Positions 59,501 to 64,000 of a stretch of DNA of 64,000 nt are shown piece after piece. The number at the start of each line of letters is the position of its first letter. The first letter of the stretch is position 1. The notes under the pieces were generated by a model. That model saw only the letters and a list, made by a program, of their open reading frames with translations, made no database searches and was not told the origin of the DNA. Source of the DNA: a virus. The position numbers and the translations under genes are program-made. Location: IMG/VR virus record IMGVR_UViG_3300042881_003464, positions 1 to 64,000 of that record; one strand, written 5' to 3'.

Positions 59501-62483
59501 GGTCTGATCCACCAAGACTGCTGACATAACCAGTGATCAAGGTACCAGCAGCATTGGTCAAACTAATAGTAGGACCGGCTTTGTCAAACGTAAACAAAGC
59601 ACTGCTTGATATTAGACCATTGTCATTGAACATGACCTGTCTATTTGCTCCTGCTGCAACAAAATTGCCAGATATGTTGGCACTGCTTGTGATATTGCCT
59701 GTGGCTGACACTATGCCAGCCGTGATTAAATTGCCACCAGTGATGTTACTAGAGGCTGTGATCAAACCTGGTGTAGTGATATTACCGCTGGCTATGTTGC
59801 CAGTAACATTTACATTGCTGGTGATGTTGCCTGTGAAACTTGTAGTACCGGTTACTGCTAGAGTACCAAGATTAGCAGTACCAGCGGTTGTGATATTTCC
59901 ACCAATGATATTGCCAGACGCTGTGACCACATTGGACGATTTGTCAAAAGTAAACGCAGCACTACCTGCTAGAACATCGTTGTCATTGAACTGTATTTGG
60001 GTGTTCGCACCACCGGCATCAATGTTACCTTGGATATTTCCAATAAAGGTGTGCGCTGTAACATTACCAGTAAACGTGGCAGCAGTGGCTAGTACATTGT
60101 TAGCATTGACATTGCCGCTGGCTGTGACGTTTTCTGTGGTGACATTTTTAACAAAAGCGTTGCCAAAATAAGACGTAGCGTTACCAATTGAACCAGTGGC
60201 ATTGGTGCCAAAATTAACAATAGCCTGTGGTTGATTTCCAGTCACTGCCAGGCGGTATGCACCAGCTAGACCATTTTCGTTGTTGTAATTTAAAGTGAGA
60301 TTTCTTGAGCCGTTTGGTCCCAATAGATATCCACTGCCGCCAATTTGCACACCACTCAAAGCATCATAGCCGGTATCAGGAATCAGACTAATACTGCCAT
60401 TGTTGGTTATACGAGAATTAGATCCTGTTCCTGTCCAGCCAAATTGAGCTGCTGTGATTACATTGCCGGCGCTGACGTTGCCTGTGGCTGTGGCAGTTTG
60501 AATTGATAGATTGCCTGCTTCAACGTTGCCAAAATTATTAACAGTGACTATCTCACCGGTGATTGATACATCTTTGGCCAACAGCAAGTTACCTGAACTG
60601 TTGTCATATCCAAAGAAAGCAGATTTCTCACTGCCAGAATAATACCAAAGCTGAGTGCCTCTATCTTTACCATCATTGTTGGTCAACGGAGTGTTGTTGA
60701 CGCCTCGACCAAGAGCAATTATAGGATCTTCAACATTTAGGTCTTCAACGTTTACATAGACTAGATTGCCATTGACACTAAGATTACCATCAATCTGTGC
60801 ATCTGAAGTTACAGTTAGAATACCACCAACCAATAGGTTACCAGCTACATCAATTGAGTTGGCGGTGACCTTTCCTGTGGTGTTTATATTTGCGCCACTG
60901 ACATTGCCAGTGGCCACAACCTGTCCTGTGGTGTTTATATTTCCGCCACTGACATTGCCTGTGGCTGATACCACACCTGTGGTGTTGATGTTTGCACCAC
61001 TGATGTTGCTAGAACTAGTGATGGCACCCGTAGCAGCAACTTGACCTGGTGTACTGATGTTGCCGGCAGCAACATTGCCAGTGATGTTTAGATTACTAGT
61101 GACATTTCCTGCGAAGCTTGAAGTATTGGCTACAATCAAAGTGCCAAGATTGGCAGTGCCAGCGGTAGTGATATTACCACCAGTGATGTTGCCTGTGGCT
61201 GATACAACACCCACGGTGTTAAGATTGCCACCAGTGATGTTACCTGTGGCTGATACAACACCCACGGTGTTTAAATTAGATCCTGTGACATTACCCAAAG
61301 CACTGACTAGACCAGTGGTGTTGATATTAGCGCCACTAACATTGCCTAGAGCACTTACAACTCCAGTGGTGTTAAAGTTGGCTCCGCCCACATTGCCTGA
61401 AGCTGATAGCACTCCAGCAGTGATCAAATTACCACCAGTGATGTTGCCAGTGACAGATGCCACGCCAGAGGCATTCAAAGACACTGCTGATAGATTAGCA
61501 GATGCAATTAGATTGGCAGCTGATAGATTTCCAGACACAACTGCTGCATTGGTACTTTTGTCAAAGGTAAAACCATTGCTGCTGTTGGCCAAACCAGAAT
61601 CATTAAACACCACACCTGTGTTGCTGCCAGGCACTGTGAGGTTGCCACTGATATTACCTGCGAAATTGCCTAGGAAATATGAAGCAGTGATATTGCCAGC
61701 AGCAGTGATGGTACTATCAGATACAGTGACATTGCCAGTTTTTAAAATGTTACCAGTGATATTGCCAGTGGCCAGCACAGTGAGTGATGACACTGTGTTA
61801 CTTGCTGTTAAATTAGTGGTGTTAACTGTGACTGCATTAACGTTGCCAATGTTGGCAGTGCCATTGGCAGCTGAAATTGTACTGACTGTTAGCAGTGGAG
61901 TTGATACTAGACTTGACGCGGTAACAGTGTTAGCCTGAACATCAGTTGCCACCAAACTCTGTGACACATTGATATTGCCATTTAGATTTAGACCACTGGG
62001 AGTCACAGTAACTACATTGGTACCAGTGACTGTGAGAGTGATATTGCCGTTTACATTGGCAATGCTTAGATTGGTGTTTCCCCAGATCAATGCGCGAGGA
62101 GCTTCGGCAACAATACCTGTTAACAGACTACCATTACCAATAAAGTAGTTGCCAGTGATATTACCTACGCTATCAAATCCACCTGTGCCTAGATATAATG
62201 TGTTGTAACGTGCGCTGGGAGTGCCAAGATCATACACATTGTCCAGTCTTGGCATCACTGTGCTGTTGGTTTGTACTACCCCAATTCCGCGAGGCGCAAG
62301 TATTATGTTGCCATTGAGCTGGGAAGTAGAAATCGTGTTGTTGGCAATCTGTATGTTGCTGCCAACAGGACCAGCCTGATAAATTTCAGTGAAATTCTCG
62401 TTGGTCTTAATAAACGCAGTGCGTAATGGATCACCATCACCATTGTCTGGCTGCGATCCTACGTTGATTATTTGCTGTGCCAT
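53550..62483 (-). CDS. Giant repetitive tail fibre / baseplate-anchored appendage protein (2977 aa)
   Basis: N-terminus IINVG..PDNG.GDPLR.AF.K.N.NF.EIY (T4 gp9/gp10-type baseplate anchor), followed by Asn/Gly/Thr/Val-rich beta repeats. Confidence 0.85.
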   Translation of the reverse strand: MAQQIINVGSQPDNGDGDPLRTAFIKTNENFTEIYQAGPVGSNIQIANNTISTSQLNGNIILAPRGIGVVQTNSTVMPRLDNVYDLGTPSARYNTLYLGTGGFDSVGNITGNYFIGNGSLLTGIVAEAPRALIWGNTNLSIANVNGNITLTVTGTNVVTVTPSGLNLNGNINVSQSLVATDVQANTVTASSLVSTPLLTVSTISAANGTANIGNVNAVTVNTTNLTASNTVSSLTVLATGNITGNILKTGNVTVSDSTITAAGNITASYFLGNFAGNISGNLTVPGSNTGVVFNDSGLANSSNGFTFDKSTNAAVVSGNLSAANLIASANLSAVSLNASGVASVTGNITGGNLITAGVLSASGNVGGANFNTTGVVSALGNVSGANINTTGLVSALGNVTGSNLNTVGVVSATGNITGGNLNTVGVVSATGNITGGNITTAGTANLGTLIVANTSSFAGNVTSNLNITGNVAAGNISTPGQVAATGAITSSSNISGANINTTGVVSATGNVSGGNINTTGQVVATGNVSGANINTTGKVTANSIDVAGNLLVGGILTVTSDAQIDGNLSVNGNLVYVNVEDLNVEDPIIALGRGVNNTPLTNNDGKDRGTQLWYYSGSEKSAFFGYDNSSGNLLLAKDVSITGEIVTVNNFGNVEAGNLSIQTATATGNVSAGNVITAAQFGWTGTGSNSRITNNGSISLIPDTGYDALSGVQIGGSGYLLGPNGSRNLTLNYNNENGLAGAYRLAVTGNQPQAIVNFGTNATGSIGNATSYFGNAFVKNVTTENVTASGNVNANNVLATAATFTGNVTAHTFIGNIQGNIDAGGANTQIQFNDNDVLAGSAAFTFDKSSNVVTASGNIIGGNITTAGTANLGTLAVTGTTSFTGNITSNVNVTGNIASGNITTPGLITASSNITGGNLITAGIVSATGNITSSANISGNFVAAGANRQVMFNDNGLISSSALFTFDKAGPTISLTNAAGTLITGYVSSLGGSDLNLTPATNNLVIWGSANPRFSNTYTLGTSTFQWRNVWAGNANIGAMSVSGPVTFAQTLTVTGNLSGGNIATAGLINANGTVTGGNLVSNAVITATGNVTGGNLITAGLIDATGSITSAANISGNNISATQLITATSANISGNVNAGNVSSTGQLIATGNITGGNLITAGLANVTGNIYGNNIIAAANVEILGNKITTGTTTGLLFEPGNVSLISGNIIVNGGYIYSQNGDTAIVLVNNGEIGSVGIENNLQVGKDGQGNLDVAGYANVTSNLTVGGAVTATSNVTGGNLNTAGQVVATGNVTGGNLITSGQVVATGNINTTANVIAANIVTANINSSTGIVITTSGNNNIELNPGGTGNIVLDNNYINSVANPIQDQDAATKIYVDNLVSTAISYHEAVVAATTANLATTTGGTITYSQPNGAGNGVGATITTTGSFNLIDTANVQTANTRILVKDEANAVLNGVYVWSNATVITRSSDTDTYGVASANTLAINDYFYVSSGNVNKGSAYIVDSPTGVITFGTSNIAFAQFSSTQVYTGGNGINVAGTIITAKVDNDTTAFDGTGNIVVKASANLTTPNIGAATGTSLIVNGNITANNISANSFLAATTINATGNITGGNINSNGLANIAGTVATGNLTVTGFANISGNLSAIGNVRVGQDLSFSAAYANLQYAGSANNYVQLVAQNKDNGSAASTDFVATADNGTDNDTYIDMGINSSGYNQPAFALQGVNDGYLYVAGNTTTGGGNLVLSTLENNDIIFSTGGANTGDEIGRFQHGNGFAVSGPVYATGNVTAPYFIGNLIGNISGNLAVQGPNRGVVFNDDSIANSVTAFQFDKSSNLVTLTGNIDVQGMTLSGNLTANGNISGNYFLGNGYYLTGIITSVANINNGTSNVRIETANGNIQANVNGTANVITITDQGLILGNNVTANIKTESAPLWITPADGQYVSINSNNYAQLYWTSNIANLNPAGNDDYAWLYVNYTGVNIETNTQAGNQHSWIFRANGAIETSYDLISNANVYANYIESGTDVYAIANVTASGNVSGNYILGNGALLTGVITSVANINDGSSNLRIESSGGNILANVGGVANVFAITTDGANVSGNLGVTNKVTAAEFIGNANASSLASGTVPSARMSGTYGIDITGHANTANTVTDGVQSNITQVGTLSFLIVSGNISTTEEVQATGNVGAGNVNSLGNINATANISGANLISSGQVVVTGNVHASYFIGNGALLTGIDTTLIANGTSNVKIVSANGNATVNIDGTSNVAVFANTGLYVTGEANVTGSVNAANLVASANVSGNNVSASNAVTANTISATGNVSGGNLNTTGVVLATGNVSGGNLVTSGNVDATGNLAAGNISTGGSINATANVTALNFFANGAVSATTAITANGNITGANVLSNAAVIATGNVSGANITTTGAVDATGNITGGNITTAGLANVATLEVTGNATAVGNLSGGNISTTGAVSATGNVTGGNLVTAGDAVIGGNLTVSGNTTYVNVTELNVEDPIIGLGRGANNTPLTVDDGKDRGTQLWYYSGSEKSAFVGYDNSGNRLIAATNVTITNELVTVNSYGNFQVGMLEAANANVTGNIDTSGIVASGNITANYYFGNAVNMTGIATASSVYSIINLQGNVTGNSTGNAVLIASNSSGNLQLQSGNGINMLGNAVTGNIVISIIGSTNDGTLWGAGGDAGLVTQGTTSITDNGLITDAVTSAYDLGVFEYGLAAGGTLTVGASAPPNPSIGDQWIDVVDGTLYLYFDDGSGSQWAQMASVYSIENGNPFGNVSANLLPAANASYDIGSSSLQWNNIYANNVIASGALTATGNVTGNYIFGNGALLTGVITSVANINSGSSNLRVTTSSGNIAANVGSSANVLVISDNGIYTTGLVSANNNIIINSFTGAPEGGQVVLGWKGVSGLTGQGNSTWNIDVNSANSFRVFYQDAAGSTGVPISIDTSVMTVSNVSITGNISGAGILNPFLLAGM
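60860..61450 (-). repeat. 51-bp (17-aa) tandem coding repeats, GNITGGNLNTVGVVSAT type
   Basis: Near-identical adjacent 51-nt units at about 61178-61272 and 60868-60965, with degenerate copies around them. Confidence 0.8.
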
Positions 62484-62506
62484 CTCTGTCCTAGTTCCCG
62501 ATTTAA

Positions 62507-62512
62507 TATTTA
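62507..62512 (-). promoter_or_regulatory. Late promoter core TAAATA
   Basis: Upstream of the AGGA SD of the giant gene. Confidence 0.65.
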
Positions 62513-62534
62513 TCGTGAACAGAGATTTGGCATT

Positions 62535-64000
62535 TTAGCCGGTAGAATATCGGCGTATGATTTGCCTTGGATAAGCTAGACCTGCACTAGGGCGTAGCCA
62601 CCAGCGTTTTTGAGGCCAAACGTTGCCATTTATGGGTCTATCGTTGTAGTAGCCCATGAACAGATTCTGAGCTCCTCGCAGGCCTCTTTCACTCACAGGA
62701 CCCGGTGGCAGTGGGGTTCCAAAGTCTGGAATCACACCTTCTTGCGCATAGTATCGAGCCCAACGATAAGCGTCCATTTGGCTCATGTTGGGGTATATCT
62801 CGCACAGAGAAGCAATAATACCCATGACTTGTGGACTAGCCATGCTGGTACCAGTGAGTTTTGACATGAAAAAACTAGCATTTCTTGGGTCAGGTACTCC
62901 GCTGGTATATGGTGCCATGATACCAGTTCCTGGTGCCCAGACTGTGATTCCACGGCCTGCACTGGATGTTTGTTGTACCTGCTGATTGACAGTTTGATCA
63001 ATGTTACCTGTAACTATTACACCTTTGAAGCTGTCTGTACCTGGAGTACCTGTTTCAGTTGAAGCTGGTACTGGAAATTGATTATGATACCTTGCAGCGT
63101 AAAGCACAACAGTGCCAAAAGTAGCATAGGCCACATTTAAATTGTTGTTAAAATCAGGATCTCCGCTGAGTACACCTGCTTCGCCCCACTGGTTACCTGC
63201 TGCTGCTCCCCAGATTATACCCTCGTTCATGCCATCAATAATAGCAGCTGAAGCTGCTGCATCTTGCAGAGTATAGAAAAACAGAATAACACCATATACA
63301 TTGGCATATTCAGCATAGACCTGAATACCGCCATTATAGAAGTTGGTTAAAGTCCAGTTCCCGTTGTAAGTGGCCTGCAACGACGTTTGGCCCGCAGGGG
63401 GACTGGCAGGATGATTCTGTATCGTGCCCCGGTAATCAATTCGATTACACATCAAGATGTTGTTGCTTCTTGCGAATGTGTTGCCAAACAAACCAAAACT
63501 CATGTTTACCACAGTGGGATTTTTGATACCTGTGACAGGATTACGAGTTTTAACGCTGTTGTGCCAATAGCGAATATAGTTTACCAGCTGTGTTAGGTTT
63601 GGAGTGCTAGTGCCATTGGTTTGTTCACCATAGGGCGAAATATTGTAAATGGTACTATCTCTGGCCCATCCACAGGTGTTACCTGCCATGATACCACCAA
63701 CGTTATAACCATGTCCGTTGTTGCCTGCAGAACCTGCACCATAGTTATACACACCTGCTGGTTGTCCTGTCACAGCTGGGTTGTATGCCCACCAGTTAAT
63801 CTGATTGATTCGTGATCCGCCCGACCCATCGGCATTTCTGGCATATTCTGGATGATTTCTATCCATGTTGCCATCAAATACCACTACGTCAACATTTTTT
63901 CCTGTGCTGGTCAATGTGATAGTGGCACTTTTATTTGGCTCAGATCCGTCACTGCCCCAGTTTGGCAACGTGGTCCTGTTCCAACAGCGCAGCAGACCCC
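62535..64000 (-). CDS. S8 subtilisin-like serine protease (5' end beyond window)
   Basis: VVVFDG (Asp), NGHG (His), AAAGN oxyanion hole, GTSMASP (Ser); frame open to the window edge. Confidence 0.88.
   Translation of the reverse strand, partial: GLLRCWNRTTLPNWGSDGSEPNKSATITLTSTGKNVDVVVFDGNMDRNHPEYARNADGSGGSRINQINWWAYNPAVTGQPAGVYNYGAGSAGNNGHGYNVGGIMAGNTCGWARDSTIYNISPYGEQTNGTSTPNLTQLVNYIRYWHNSVKTRNPVTGIKNPTVVNMSFGLFGNTFARSNNILMCNRIDYRGTIQNHPASPPAGQTSLQATYNGNWTLTNFYNGGIQVYAEYANVYGVILFFYTLQDAAASAAIIDGMNEGIIWGAAAGNQWGEAGVLSGDPDFNNNLNVAYATFGTVVLYAARYHNQFPVPASTETGTPGTDSFKGVIVTGNIDQTVNQQVQQTSSAGRGITVWAPGTGIMAPYTSGVPDPRNASFFMSKLTGTSMASPQVMGIIASLCEIYPNMSQMDAYRWARYYAQEGVIPDFGTPLPPGPVSERGLRGAQNLFMGYYNDRPINGNVWPQKRWWLRPSAGLAYPRQIIRRYSTG

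Noticed and set aside
60860-61450. CRISPR-like periodic repeats
   Set aside because: In-frame 51-bp coding repeats without unique spacers; no cas genes
54041-61938. Many long plus-strand ORFs (e.g. 55015-55830, 61057-61938) opposite the giant gene
   Set aside because: Antisense shadows of repetitive Gly/Asn/Thr/Val codons (LPV/MLP repeats), with no SD or promoter; the same applies to 45421-45870 and 51515-52192
1-64000. tRNA, rRNA, group I introns or inteins
   Set aside because: Intergenic gaps are short (at most about 130 bp) with no cloverleaf seen; terminase and UvsX are uninterrupted and of normal length. A tRNAscan/Infernal run would be needed to exclude small RNAs fully
1-64000. Stop-codon reassignment
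   Set aside because: Core genes are full length in the standard code, and TAA, TAG and TGA all end genes at tight junctions

Overview
This window is 64 kb of a large T4-like myovirus genome (class Caudoviricetes, standard genetic code, densely coded, mostly minus strand). From left to right it holds six blocks. (1) About 14.7 kb of sugar, glycosyltransferase and methyltransferase genes, including a kinase-nucleotidyltransferase-phosphatase module, GalE and a B12-dependent radical SAM enzyme. (2) UvsY, UvsX and gp32, with a three-gene insert containing an Asp/Asn beta-hydroxylase-like oxygenase. (3) The large terminase and a set of acidic/basic modular proteins that look like capsid-internal proteins processed by the prohead protease. 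(4) The gp4, tail tube, tail sheath and gp13/14/15 morphogenesis genes, interleaved with dNMP kinase, exonuclease, HNH-like and Nudix genes. (5) A tail fibre/appendage cluster ending in a 2977-aa repetitive Asn-rich protein. (6) A truncated S8 protease. Fifteen T4-type late promoter cores (TAAATA) and four near-consensus sigma70 promoters can be read directly from the DNA. The most interesting signals are putative polyproteins of small basic/Cys mini-domains separated by Glu cleavage sites and sharing an RxxxL(S/A)G motif; late promoters sitting inside hairpins and giving leaderless mRNAs; a structured gp32 leader; and a possible virion glycosylation system (glycosyltransferase cluster plus a sequon-dense giant fibre). 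All product calls come from motifs recognised by eye; no database searches were run.
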